This document shows positions 39,055 through 48,977 of a DNA stretch of 64,000 bases, piece after piece. The stretch is taken from assembly GCA_965223265.1 (NCBI GenBank), contig OZ244999.1:5472001-5536000 (forward strand). Direction: 5' to 3'. Source of the DNA: Planctomycetota bacterium (GTDB lineage: Bacteria; Planctomycetota; UBA8108; SXIK01). Numbering within the stretch: the stretch's first letter is position 1; each line of letters opens with the position of its first letter. The notes below the pieces were generated by a model. The model ran no database searches, had not been told where the DNA came from, and worked only from the letters and a program-made list of their open reading frames with translations. The translations under genes were made by a program, and so were the position numbers.

Positions 39055-39915
39055 CTACGAGTCAAGAACGTTCGACATCTGAAAGATTTCCAGAAGCAAT
39101 TTGCTGGCGCGTGGATCGCTGTCTAAATCGTCAAGAAACTTCATATCGACGACCGTCGAAACCGACGCTTGCTCACGCGTGACGACAATTTTCGGAAAGG
39201 TGGTGAAACCTTCGTTCAAGACGATGACCGCGCCCCGCGAGCGCATAGTCCCCTGTGACAATGCGAGTTCTGACGGTGTCACGAGGACCGTCACTGCTGG
39301 GACGCGAGGATCGAGGGCGCCAGCCTTTAGGTCGACGACGCGGACGTCGCGCTCTGTCAGAAACCGAGCCAGTTTCCCGTTCGTGTCGAGGCGAAGATGG
39401 ACGCGCCTCGACCAGCGCGAGAGCGGTGCCAATAGATCGTCAGGGTAGACCCGGAGACGGGCGGTCTCGACGTCTTGCCAGGCGTCCTCGCGAGCTCGTT
39501 TCGCTTCGAGAGCAACCATAATCGTCGTCTCCGACTCGACGTCGGGGAGTGATACGACGACTTCCACGTCGCGGGGTTGGCCGCCCGCGAGAGGCTCGCG
39601 CGACAGGACAGTAACTCTGTCACCGATCGGTGCTGCCGTTGCGAACGTGGTCTGCAGCATCTGGAGCCGCACATCGACCACTTCGTCTGAAGAAGCCTCG
39701 AGCCTGACCGTCATCTTGACGTCGCGGCCGCCGAAGACGTGGCGTGCAGCACGGCCGACCGGCAACGGTGTCGCGCTCTTCGGCTGTGCCGGCAGCAGTG
39801 TGACCGTCACCGGAGCGACTACTTCCTCACTGTCGTCCTGAGCGGCGCTAGCAGCGGCAAGAAGACAAGGTAGGAGAAGACACGCGATCCCAAGCTCGTG
39901 CAGTTTCAAATCCAT
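39055..39915 (-). CDS. secreted hypothetical protein (Ig-like beta-sandwich N-terminal half)
   Basis: Signal peptide LGIACLLLPCLLAAASAAQ; beta-rich; first gene of the tight minus-strand operon. Confidence 0.65.
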   Translation of the reverse strand: MDLKLHELGIACLLLPCLLAAASAAQDDSEEVVAPVTVTLLPAQPKSATPLPVGRAARHVFGGRDVKMTVRLEASSDEVVDVRLQMLQTTFATAAPIGDRVTVLSREPLAGGQPRDVEVVVSLPDVESETTIMVALEAKRAREDAWQDVETARLRVYPDDLLAPLSRWSRRVHLRLDTNGKLARFLTERDVRVVDLKAGALDPRVPAVTVLVTPSELALSQGTMRSRGAVIVLNEGFTTFPKIVVTREQASVSTVVDMKFLDDLDSDPRASKLLLEIFQMSNVLDS

Positions 39916-40205
39916 CGGCAGGCTCCCGGTCGGAGAAAGCGGTGTGGAAGTATACAACAGACGTGAACACGCCCCCGACTCACACGCGCGCGAGTTCCAA
40001 GAACTTCGACGTTGGAGGTTTATCGACTCACCGGTGCCTGGTAAAATTCGCGTTCTACCTGCCGCTGACTCGAATGAACGATTCCTGTACTTCTCGCCGG
40101 CTGGTGGAACCTTTGCGAAGAGCTCTGCGTTCGAAGAATGTTGGTCCAAATTTGACCAAACCAACCGCAGCGATCGAGTCGCCCAGGCTATGGAGACGGG
40201 AATGC

Positions 40206-43200
40206 ATGGGGCGTAAGCTTGCCTCGAACTTTCCAAAACGGCGCGCCGTTTTGTATTTCGTGGTCGCTCTGTTGTCGCGGCCGCTCGATGCGTTGGTGAT
40301 CTCCGAAATCCACTACAACCCGATCGAGGGTCGCCAGCTCGAATTCATCGAACTCACCAACGATGAGCCAACGCCTGAGGATGTTTCCGGGTGGTCGTTT
40401 ACTGAAGGTGTACGCTACACGTTCCCTCCTGGCACCGTCGTATTTGGCGGCGACGTTTTGGTGGTTTGCGCAGATGTTGAGTCCGTCCGTTCGACCTACG
40501 GGATCAACAACGTCGTTGGCAACTTCGACGGCCGCCTCGACGGCAGCGGCGAGCGTCTGACTCTCGTCAATCACGCCGGAGCCGTCATACAAAGCCTTCG
40601 ATACCAGACAGACGGCAAATGGCCTGTAGGCCCCGACGGCGGCGGACACTCCCTCATACTTCGAAGTTTGCACGTCGACACCTCAGAGCCTGAGAGCTGG
40701 ACCCAAAGTCCGGAGCTAGGCGGCAGTCCGGGATTCGTCAACGACCCCGAAGTTCGTATTCAATTCGATGAGGAGGTGCTGATCGAAATCGGCGACGAAT
40801 GGCGGTTTCGCAAAGGCACGTCTCCTTTCTCCGATCCAGAAAACGCGTGGCAGCTGCCCGAGTTCGACGACTCAGACTGGGAGATCGGCCCATCCGGCTT
40901 CGGGTTTTCGGACGACGATGATGCGACCGTCTGGGACGATATGCAGGGGCAGTACGTGTCGGGGGTTGTGCGCCGGACGTTTGAGCTCTCCGAGGAGCAG
41001 TTCGGCGAGCTCGACGCGGTGTTTCTCGACATCAATTTCGACGACGGCTTCTGCGCCTTCATTAACGGTGTCGAGTTCGCCCGCACGAATTGCCCAGAAG
41101 AGCCCTTGTGGAATGAAACAGCACGTGGGTTTCACGAAGCGACGTCGCGCGGCTTCGAGCTCCATGAAATGCAGCGCGAGGACCTCCGCGTGGGGACGAA
41201 CGTGCTCGCCATCATTGGATACAACCGCAGAGTGAACGACGGCGACTTCAGCCTGCTGCCGCGAGTTTTACATCGCCGTTCGATCGTTCCGCAGCTCGGC
41301 CCTACACGCGCGCTGTTTTTCAACGAGCTGTATCGTGGAAGCGAAGCTGAAGCCGGCTGGATCGAGATCTACAACGCTGAGAGTGTCGCCAGAGATCTCT
41401 CGGGTTGGAGCTTGGCAGCCGATCCCCAGCAACTCGAACGGTTCGTGTTCGGCGAAGGGAACGCAATTCCGGCGCTAGGATACCTCGTTGTCGACGCAAA
41501 CATCGCGAATGTCGCCCTGACCGCCAACGAACCGGTACAGCTATTCCTCTTCTCTCCGGATGGATTTGTTGGCGCGGCCGCAACCTTCGATCGGCTCGTT
41601 CCCGACGGGATGGCCCCTGAGCTCTTTTCTGAAGCGCGATTTCCCGACGGCAACGGGCGCAGCTGGCTCACGCCGACACGAACGCCGGGAGCGACCAACG
41701 ACGTCCCTCGCGTGACGGACGTCGTCATCAATGAAATCCACTATCATCCGCCGGAAGAGCGGGCTGGCGAGTTTCTCGAACTGTACAACCGTGGCCAGGC
41801 CGCTATTGATCTCAGCGGGTTTCGTTTCACAAGAGGCATCGACGTCACTTTCGCGGGCGGGACGGTTCTAGCACCCGGTGGTTACCTGGTGTTAGCAGAG
41901 GATCCAAGACTGTTACAGCAGACTTACGGCGTCGCCGGTGCCATCGAGTACGAAGGCACGCTTGCCAACGGCGGCGAAAACGTCCGACTTGTCGACACGC
42001 TTGGAAACCTTGTGGATGAAGTGAGGTACTTCGACGGTGGCACGTGGCCCCTATGGGCTGATGGGCGTGGATCAAGTCTGGAGTTGATCGACCCGCACCA
42101 AGACAATGACTTTGCCGCAGCATGGGAAGCGAGCGACGAGACCGGCAAGGCACCGTGGGAACAGCATTCGTTCCACGTGCCACGTCTCGGCAGCTCGAGT
42201 GAGACCGAACTGCAGATCATGCTTGCTGAGCGTGGCATCTGCCACATTGACGACGTCTCTATAACTGGCGACGCGTTCGTCGAATCGCCCCTCCTGCCGG
42301 CGGGCGCTGAGTGGCGGTTTCGCAAAGGTACCGGCCCGTTCTCTGATCCGGCCAACGCGTGGATGATGAGCGAGTTCGACGACTCATCGTGGGAGACTGC
42401 CGTTGCCGGGTTTGGATACGGCGATGAAGGTCTTGGAACGATTCTCGACGACATGCAAGAGAACTACAACACGCTTGCCATCCGAGCGCGCTTTGAAATG
42501 ACGCAGGAGCAGCTAAGCAACGAACGGCTCGAATTCTACTTCGGAATCTATTACGACGACGGATACTGCGCTTTCTTAAACGGCGAGCTACTCGATCGTC
42601 GCGGCTGTTCACGCAATCCGGCTTGGGATGACACCGCTCGCATTGGGCACGAGGCCGACGAGGAGATTACGATCCGAATTCCGGAGGAACGACTGCGAGT
42701 TGGAGAGAACGTCCTCGCAGTTCTCGGTGTCAATCGAGTCGCTCGCGTCGCCCCAGGATCCCCGGAATTCGCAGCCGACGACGATTTCACACTTCACCCA
42801 CGAGTCTTCGTGCTACGCCCCGAAGGGCGCAGCCAAAACCTCCTCGCCAACCCCGGTTTTGAGGAAGACACTGCGACGTGGCGATTTGAAGGGACCCACT
42901 CGCGTAGCCGCCGAGTGCAGGACGATGCAAACGGCGGCAGTGCATGTCTTGAGATGATCGCGACTGGGAAGGGCGACATGACATGCAATCGGATCGAGAC
43001 CGACACCGAGCCACGATTGACAGCTGACCGGCGGTACGACATCTCGCTGGCGACACGATGGGTGCGCGGCTCCAGCCTGCTCCTCGTGCATGGCACCTTT
43101 TCGCCAGGCGAGTGGCCTGGGACGCGCGACTCCAACCTCTCCGGCAACGAGATCGCACAAGCCATCCGCATGGCCATACCCGACGATCTCGGCACCCCCG

Positions 43201-45215
43201 GCGCTGAGAACAGTGTGCGTCGACTGCTGCGAGAGTTCACCGAAAACGGCAACCTCGGCCCGCTGATTGCTGATGTCGAACATGAACCGATTAATCCGAC
43301 GCCTGGTGCAACAGTAACGGTTCGCGCCCGTGTGGTCGACTCCGATGGCATCGGTAGCGTCCGCATCCTGTACCGTGAAGACATCGATTCAGAGGAACCG
43401 TTGGATTTTCTATCCATCGAGATGTCCGAAGTCGCCGGCAGCCGCGACCCGTTGACAGGCGTTGCTACCTACGAAGGCCAGATTCAGCCGATAGAAACGA
43501 GTCAAGTGATCTTCTTCGTCGAAGCAGAAGACGCGTTTGGCACGCAAGGCACTTTCCCGTTCGATGCTCCGGAGAAGACACTCGTCTATCGCTACGCGGA
43601 TCCGTTCCCACACCGGATTGAGGTTCTATTGCCCTTAGCGGAGTGGAGCGAGCTTCGCACGCGGAGACTCCACTCCAATGACTTGGTCGACGGAACAGTC
43701 ACCTACGCGGGCGAGCAAATCTTCTACAACGTGGGCGTACGCTATCGCGGCAGCCCGTGGGGACGTGGCACGCTCGAAAGTATTCGTGTTCGTTTCCCGG
43801 ACGATCGCCTCTACAAGGGAACGCGCCGCGACATCAACATTTCGAATCGCGACAGGACGGATGGTGCCGCGTACCCGGTCGTCGGCCGTAGTGGCAACCG
43901 TGACTCTCCGGTGCCAGTAGCGGACTACAAGTACGTCGCTACTCGGTTCAACGGACGATCGTTCGGTACGCCGGGTGTTTTCGAGCCGTATGATCGCACG
44001 CTCCTTGACAAATGGTATGGACGAGATGTCACGCGCGACGCGGTACTTCTCAAAAGCATCGGCCGACTTCTGTTCAGCGACGGGTGCTCCCGCACCGCTT
44101 GGGACGAAGCCACGATGGCGCATCGCAATGAGAACGCAGAGAACTACCGATTCTACTGGTTTCATAGCATTCATCAGACGCGCGACAACTGGCAACCATT
44201 CATCGACGCGACGCGAATAGCTGACGGACGCGTCACATCAGACGAGGACTTCGACGCGGAGTTCGAGAGCGTCATTGACGTAGAAACCTTTATTCGTGGG
44301 CTGATGCCACGAATCCTCATGTCCGATGGCGACGGACTCTTCGTCGGCAATGGGCACAACGGATATCTGTTCTGGGATCCGTCCGATGGTCGGTGGGAGT
44401 ACTTTCCGTTCGACATGGGCCTCGGATGGGGAGGCACACCGACAAGTCTATTCTCCGTTCGAGATCGTGTCGTGCGCAGGGTGCTCGCGCATCCCCGCTC
44501 ACAGCGTACGTACTACCGAGTGCTCAACGAGTACTTGAACAATTACTGGTCGGAAGAACGAGCCGGTCCCTTTCTCGATGCGCTGCAGGAGCAATCCAAC
44601 AGCGTAGGAACGCAGCAGAAGGCGTTCATACGAGCAAGCAATCCTCGTCTCTTTCGCCTCATAGAACCCTTCGTGAATGCGGAGCTGCGCATCTTGACGA
44701 ACCAGGGCGAAGACTTCAGCGTTGGCACGCCGACGGTCACGCTTTCTGGCGAAGCGTCGACCCTGATGACTCTATTCACCATTCGGCTGAACGGTGGTGC
44801 GCCGCAGGCGTTCGTGCCTGTGTGGACCTCGGCCCTTCAGTGGACGACGACCCTGCCCATGAGTGGCGACTCACTGATGGTTCAGATCGATGGATTCGGG
44901 GTGGACGGCGTTGCGCTGGGGAGCGCTGGAATCACCATTCGGCGGGGCCCGCTGCGCGAGTTCATCCGCGGTGACGTCAACGACGACAACTCGCTCAACA
45001 TCTCTGACGCGATCGAGGCGCTGCTGCATCTCTTTCGCGGTTTCCCGATTGCCTGCCCTGATGCTGCTGACTTCGATGACAGCGGCAACGTTGATCTCAG
45101 CGACGCACTTGGCGTATTGGGGTACGCGTTTCGAGACGGGGACCCACCGGCCTCTCCTTTCCCGGAGCGTGGCGTCGACATCACGGACGACCCGCTGGAG
45201 TGTCGGAGCGAGTAG
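40206..45215 (+). CDS. multi lamin-tail domain, CotH-kinase-like and C-terminal dockerin-like surface protein
   Basis: ISEIHYNP..EFIEL.N, FNEL..WIEIYN and INEIHYHP..EFLELYN; GVRYRG...HN.YL...PFDM CotH-like region; FIRGDVN.D...NISDA...C.DAADFDD.G..DLSDA. Confidence 0.88.
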   Translation: MGRKLASNFPKRRAVLYFVVALLSRPLDALVISEIHYNPIEGRQLEFIELTNDEPTPEDVSGWSFTEGVRYTFPPGTVVFGGDVLVVCADVESVRSTYGINNVVGNFDGRLDGSGERLTLVNHAGAVIQSLRYQTDGKWPVGPDGGGHSLILRSLHVDTSEPESWTQSPELGGSPGFVNDPEVRIQFDEEVLIEIGDEWRFRKGTSPFSDPENAWQLPEFDDSDWEIGPSGFGFSDDDDATVWDDMQGQYVSGVVRRTFELSEEQFGELDAVFLDINFDDGFCAFINGVEFARTNCPEEPLWNETARGFHEATSRGFELHEMQREDLRVGTNVLAIIGYNRRVNDGDFSLLPRVLHRRSIVPQLGPTRALFFNELYRGSEAEAGWIEIYNAESVARDLSGWSLAADPQQLERFVFGEGNAIPALGYLVVDANIANVALTANEPVQLFLFSPDGFVGAAATFDRLVPDGMAPELFSEARFPDGNGRSWLTPTRTPGATNDVPRVTDVVINEIHYHPPEERAGEFLELYNRGQAAIDLSGFRFTRGIDVTFAGGTVLAPGGYLVLAEDPRLLQQTYGVAGAIEYEGTLANGGENVRLVDTLGNLVDEVRYFDGGTWPLWADGRGSSLELIDPHQDNDFAAAWEASDETGKAPWEQHSFHVPRLGSSSETELQIMLAERGICHIDDVSITGDAFVESPLLPAGAEWRFRKGTGPFSDPANAWMMSEFDDSSWETAVAGFGYGDEGLGTILDDMQENYNTLAIRARFEMTQEQLSNERLEFYFGIYYDDGYCAFLNGELLDRRGCSRNPAWDDTARIGHEADEEITIRIPEERLRVGENVLAVLGVNRVARVAPGSPEFAADDDFTLHPRVFVLRPEGRSQNLLANPGFEEDTATWRFEGTHSRSRRVQDDANGGSACLEMIATGKGDMTCNRIETDTEPRLTADRRYDISLATRWVRGSSLLLVHGTFSPGEWPGTRDSNLSGNEIAQAIRMAIPDDLGTPGAENSVRRLLREFTENGNLGPLIADVEHEPINPTPGATVTVRARVVDSDGIGSVRILYREDIDSEEPLDFLSIEMSEVAGSRDPLTGVATYEGQIQPIETSQVIFFVEAEDAFGTQGTFPFDAPEKTLVYRYADPFPHRIEVLLPLAEWSELRTRRLHSNDLVDGTVTYAGEQIFYNVGVRYRGSPWGRGTLESIRVRFPDDRLYKGTRRDINISNRDRTDGAAYPVVGRSGNRDSPVPVADYKYVATRFNGRSFGTPGVFEPYDRTLLDKWYGRDVTRDAVLLKSIGRLLFSDGCSRTAWDEATMAHRNENAENYRFYWFHSIHQTRDNWQPFIDATRIADGRVTSDEDFDAEFESVIDVETFIRGLMPRILMSDGDGLFVGNGHNGYLFWDPSDGRWEYFPFDMGLGWGGTPTSLFSVRDRVVRRVLAHPRSQRTYYRVLNEYLNNYWSEERAGPFLDALQEQSNSVGTQQKAFIRASNPRLFRLIEPFVNAELRILTNQGEDFSVGTPTVTLSGEASTLMTLFTIRLNGGAPQAFVPVWTSALQWTTTLPMSGDSLMVQIDGFGVDGVALGSAGITIRRGPLREFIRGDVNDDNSLNISDAIEALLHLFRGFPIACPDAADFDDSGNVDLSDALGVLGYAFRDGDPPASPFPERGVDITDDPLECRSE

Positions 45216-45506
45216 CCTCTTTCGTCGCCGCGCCGCGCAAGCCGCATGGACCAGGTAGTCGCGGACGCCGAGGACTTAGAGAGAACGCTTCGGCAAGAGA
45301 GTTTGGCCGTGCGTCGTTGACGCCAAGCTCGACCGCGTCGATACTCAACGGTCTTGCAGATGACGCGCGTTCGTGGTGGTCGAACTGGGCGCGGAGAGAC
45401 GAGTTTTCGGCTCGAAGCACGGATTCAAACGAGCCTGTCTAGCAATGGCTGAGTGGCCAGACCGAGGCGGCCTGGAGTTGCGGTCGGTCACGCATCAGAG
45501 GTGCGC

Positions 45507-45821
45507 ATGATTCTTACAAATGTCGAAAGCGTTCCGGGGCGATCTATCGTCCAGTCCTTCGGATTGGTGCAGGGCAGCACGATACGAGCGAAGCATGTGG
45601 GACGAGATCTCATGGCTGGGCTGAAGAATATCGTTGGTGGCGAGTTGTCCGGCTATACCGAGCTGTTGCGCGAATCGCGTAGGCAGGCGACGGACCGCAT
45701 GATTTCGGAGGCTCAAGATTTGGGCGCCAATGCGATCGTCAATGTTCGCTACTCCACTGCAGCGGTCACTCAGGGTGCGGCGGAAATTCTGGCGTACGGC
45801 ACGGCAGTTTTGGTGGAATAA
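45507..45821 (+). CDS. ybjQ: YbjQ (UPF0145) family protein
   Basis: GLVQGSTIRAKHVGRD..AGLKNIVGGEL.GYT.LL..SR..A..RM...A..LGANAIV.VR. Confidence 0.92.
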   Translation: MILTNVESVPGRSIVQSFGLVQGSTIRAKHVGRDLMAGLKNIVGGELSGYTELLRESRRQATDRMISEAQDLGANAIVNVRYSTAAVTQGAAEILAYGTAVLVE

Positions 45822-45956
45822 GTGCTAAGTCCCACAGTATCTGGCGCGGAAATCCCAGATTAAATGGCATGGTGCTGATTCGCGGGTGCGAGATGCGATT
45901 TGCGAGGCGAGAAGGCGCGGGTCGTCGTGTCCCGGACGGCACGACGACCCGGGGAA

Positions 45957-46274
45957 TCACGAAGGGCGAGGCGTGGCGCGAGCGTCACCGCGACGATCGC
46001 GGAGCTCGGCGAGGAACTCGACGGCGTCGACGAAATTCAGCCGCTTGACGATCATGACCAGGTCGATCGGGTTGAAGTTCGTCTCGCAGCGAAAGCAACG
46101 CGCGAGGTTGGTGGACGCCTTCGTCGCGGTGTTGAATTCGCGACACCGCGGACAGAGGAAGCGCACGTAGCCCTCGGAGATTTTCGCGGGGACGCCGAGC
46201 AGATCGAGGAGCCACGCGATCGGTATATCGTTTCTCAACGACCGCAGGAGCTTGCCGGAGAATCGTCCTGTCAT
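45957..46274 (-). CDS. stand-alone primase-type (CHC2-like) zinc-finger protein
   Basis: FLCPRC...NLARCFRC..NFNPIDLVM.....F.DAV.FL resembles the DnaG Zn-binding domain; ATGA coupling with the upstream gene. Confidence 0.8.
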   Translation of the reverse strand: MTGRFSGKLLRSLRNDIPIAWLLDLLGVPAKISEGYVRFLCPRCREFNTATKASTNLARCFRCETNFNPIDLVMIVKRLNFVDAVEFLAELRDRRGDARATPRPS

Positions 46275-46564
46275 GCGACGCCACCTCCACCGCTCGGCGC
46301 CTTCAAATATCGGATTCGTTGCAGGCTCTCGAGATACTCTTCGAGGACGATCTGGAGCGCTCGCAGCTGAGCGCCCAAGGCGGCGAGATAGGCGTCTTGC
46401 TCGGTGTAGGAGGAGCGTTGCGTGTAGTCGAAGTCGAGATCGGGGTACGCGGCGTTCAGAGCGAACAGGGCGATCTCGAGGTTCGTCGCGAGGGTCATCA
46501 AAACGGCGAGCTCAGGATACTCGGCGAAGTCGTTGACTCGAGGCATCAGGGTCTTGTGGAACAT
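46271..46564 (-). CDS. small helical hypothetical protein (transposon accessory gene)
   Basis: 97 aa, GGAG RBS, lies between the ATPase and the Zn-finger gene. Confidence 0.72.
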   Translation of the reverse strand: MFHKTLMPRVNDFAEYPELAVLMTLATNLEIALFALNAAYPDLDFDYTQRSSYTEQDAYLAALGAQLRALQIVLEEYLESLQRIRYLKAPSGGGGVA

Positions 46565-46583
46565 GGCGCGTCAGTCTCCGTTC

Positions 46584-47375
46584 TCAGGGCAGATGGAACT
46601 CGGGGGCGGTGTCGTTGACGAGCGCCTCGGAGATCTTCTGGACGTTCTTGCTCGCGGCCTGAATGAGGCAGGCGGTGGCGATGTTGTTGATGCGCCGCGG
46701 CACGCCGCTTGAGTAGTCGTGGATGAGCGACTTCGCTTCAGGCTCGAAGACTTTCTGCGAGGCGCCGGCTGCGCGCATCTGAAAGTCGATGTACTCGACC
46801 GTCTGCTCCTTGCTGAGCGGCGGCACGTGGTAGCGCACGCTGAGCCGATGCGTGAGATCGGCGTGGCGCGCTCGGGTAAGCTCCTTTCTCAGGGTCTCTT
46901 GTCCGCTGAGGAGGATCTTCAATGGCGGGCCGTCCTCGAGTCCGGAGCTGACCAGAAGTCTCAGATCGGTGAGCGACTCCGAAGGAAGCAGGTGCGCTTC
47001 ATCGATGACGAGGATTGTCGTGTGCTCGTTCGCCCCGACGCGATCCAGGATCTGGAGGAAGAGCCGCTCCTTGCCACGGCGGGGCTGCTCGCCGAGGCTG
47101 GAAACCAGGAGCTTCAGAATGCCGTTTGCCCCGACGTAGGTCAGCGAGAGATAGATCGGGTCGTAGAGGTTGCGGCTCAGCGAGCGCACGAAGAGCTTCA
47201 CCAGAGACGACTTCCCCACCCCGGTGAGTCCGGTCACCAGGCCGATCGAGCCCGACTTGGCGAGGTACTCCAGTCGAGCGAGTCCCTGGGTGATGCGCTC
47301 GTCGGAAAGAATCTGCTCGACGGGCGCGCGCTCGAGAAAGGGCTGCGTCGTCATCTTGAAATGGGTGGTGAACAT
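46584..47375 (-). CDS. ExeA/MuB-like AAA+ ATPase
   Basis: HF.MT.QPF start, Walker A GLTGVGKS, Walker B VIDEAH, LSGQ and SGVPRRIN; TGATG coupling to the transposase. Confidence 0.92.
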   Translation of the reverse strand: MFTTHFKMTTQPFLERAPVEQILSDERITQGLARLEYLAKSGSIGLVTGLTGVGKSSLVKLFVRSLSRNLYDPIYLSLTYVGANGILKLLVSSLGEQPRRGKERLFLQILDRVGANEHTTILVIDEAHLLPSESLTDLRLLVSSGLEDGPPLKILLSGQETLRKELTRARHADLTHRLSVRYHVPPLSKEQTVEYIDFQMRAAGASQKVFEPEAKSLIHDYSSGVPRRINNIATACLIQAASKNVQKISEALVNDTAPEFHLP

Positions 47376-48937
47376 CAGTCCTCCTTTCTGCCTGCGAGTC
47401 GTTGAAGCTCGTAGGCGATGTAGGGAATGGATTTCTCCGGAGCCTTCTCGAAGGCCCTCAGCAAGAGGACTTCGGTGAGGCTGGGAGTACGGTTGTAGAA
47501 CTTCTTGAGTTCCTCGAGCTCCTCGGCGGTGAAGCTCGAGAGGGCGCCCTTGCGCCCCATGAGCCGGCCGAGAAGGCATGCGAAGTCGGTGAAGGGCCAC
47601 TGGCGAGAGGCGATGACACGACGGTAGTCGATCCCCTGGGCGCGCTTCTTGAGCTCCTCGTCGTGCTCACGGCGAAGAAGCTCCAGATAGTTGTGCTTCG
47701 CTTTGGCGGGAGGGGCGGGAGCACCGGCGTCCTCGCCCTCTTCGCGCTCGTGAAGGACGCCCTTTCCGAGGTACTCTTCGTTGCTGGAGTAGATGAGAAC
47801 CGTGTCGGGCGCGGAGAAGGGATCGTAGCGGACTTCGACCTTGTCACCGCGCAGACTCTTGTCGACGCGATAGAAGCGGCGATCGAGCTGGACGTCGGAG
47901 AAGTCCGGGTGAACGCGCCGCGTCTCGCGGCACATGAAGAACTCGGTGACGCGCTGAATGTCGACGTGTCGGATAGGCCGTTTGAGGCCGGCCTCGGCTC
48001 GTGCCTCGGGTGTTTCGCCGGTCTCGGTGTTGACCTGGCGGTGGTAGGCCACGGTCTTCCAGGAATCGAAGCTTCCGTTGAGCGAGTCGAGAGTGAGGAT
48101 CTCGCCGGCTCTGACCTCGGCCTCGAACTGGCCCTGTATCGTCTCGATGAGTCGTTCGACGAGACCACCCGGTGGCGGATCGCCCTTGCCGCGATGGATG
48201 AGCCGGGTGACAACGGCAAGGCATGCCGCCTTGAGCGCTTTGGAGATATAGACCTTCGCCTGATCGACATAGAGCTCGTCCGAAGCGCCGTGCTTGGCCC
48301 ACGCCCGCAGCAAGCAGTCGATCAAGACCTCGAGATTTTGCCGAAGGTAGTAGCGCCCCTCGACGAGCGAGCGGCTGTAGCAGTCGATGAGAACACAGAG
48401 GAAGGTGGGGACGACTTCGCCGTCGTGCAGCACGTAGGGTCCATCGGCGAAGTCGCCGACCCAGAGGGCATGGGTGGAGTCACGAGTCCAGCGTTTCCGG
48501 ACTTTCCTCCTCTCGACACCGAGCTTCAGCCGCGTCGCGCCGGCGATCTTGAGGTAGCGGAAGAGGGTCGAACGCGGAATGGTCTTTCCGTGCTGAGCCT
48601 GGAGGAACTTGTTGATGGCGAAGTGGGAGCGCAGTGGCTGATCACGCTTCAGCTCGACGGCTTTCTCGACGAGCTCTTTGCCGTGGGCACGCGGTTTCCC
48701 GCGATCGCTTCGCGGCCTGCGGGCAAGACCCTCGAAGCCCTCCTCGCGATAGATGCGAAGCTTCCGCCTCAGGGTCGAAAGAGCCGGCTTGCGTCGCGAT
48801 CCGTCGGGAAAGATGCGCTCTTCTTTGGCGAGCTCGCGGAGAAATCGCGCGGCTTCCTCCTCCGGCACCTCGCCGATGACGACGGGCTGGAGAAGAGCCG
48901 CCCAGAAGATAGCCCAATCGAGATCTTTCGCTTTCAT
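47375..48937 (-). CDS. Mu-like/rve DDE transposase with C-terminal Mu domain
   Basis: HTH LSTLRRKL..Y...G..GL....RSD.G; LWVGD, IDCYSR, YVDQ and LVER catalytic core; VEVRYDP; ATG 48937 after GAGGTG. Confidence 0.92.
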   Translation of the reverse strand: MKAKDLDWAIFWAALLQPVVIGEVPEEEAARFLRELAKEERIFPDGSRRKPALSTLRRKLRIYREEGFEGLARRPRSDRGKPRAHGKELVEKAVELKRDQPLRSHFAINKFLQAQHGKTIPRSTLFRYLKIAGATRLKLGVERRKVRKRWTRDSTHALWVGDFADGPYVLHDGEVVPTFLCVLIDCYSRSLVEGRYYLRQNLEVLIDCLLRAWAKHGASDELYVDQAKVYISKALKAACLAVVTRLIHRGKGDPPPGGLVERLIETIQGQFEAEVRAGEILTLDSLNGSFDSWKTVAYHRQVNTETGETPEARAEAGLKRPIRHVDIQRVTEFFMCRETRRVHPDFSDVQLDRRFYRVDKSLRGDKVEVRYDPFSAPDTVLIYSSNEEYLGKGVLHEREEGEDAGAPAPPAKAKHNYLELLRREHDEELKKRAQGIDYRRVIASRQWPFTDFACLLGRLMGRKGALSSFTAEELEELKKFYNRTPSLTEVLLLRAFEKAPEKSIPYIAYELQRLAGRKED

Positions 48938-48977
48938 GATCACACCTCGCATGGGGCGAGCGAGGCGTGATTCTCGC

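Noticed and set aside
46584-47375. Type II secretion ExeA function
   Set aside because: It is coupled to a transposase inside TIRs, has no peptidoglycan-binding tail, and no T2SS genes are nearby
47402-48970. 522-aa + strand ORF and similar long antisense ORFs (e.g. 22987-24069, 27622-28767, 6918-7988)
   Set aside because: Shadow frames of well-supported genes in high-GC DNA
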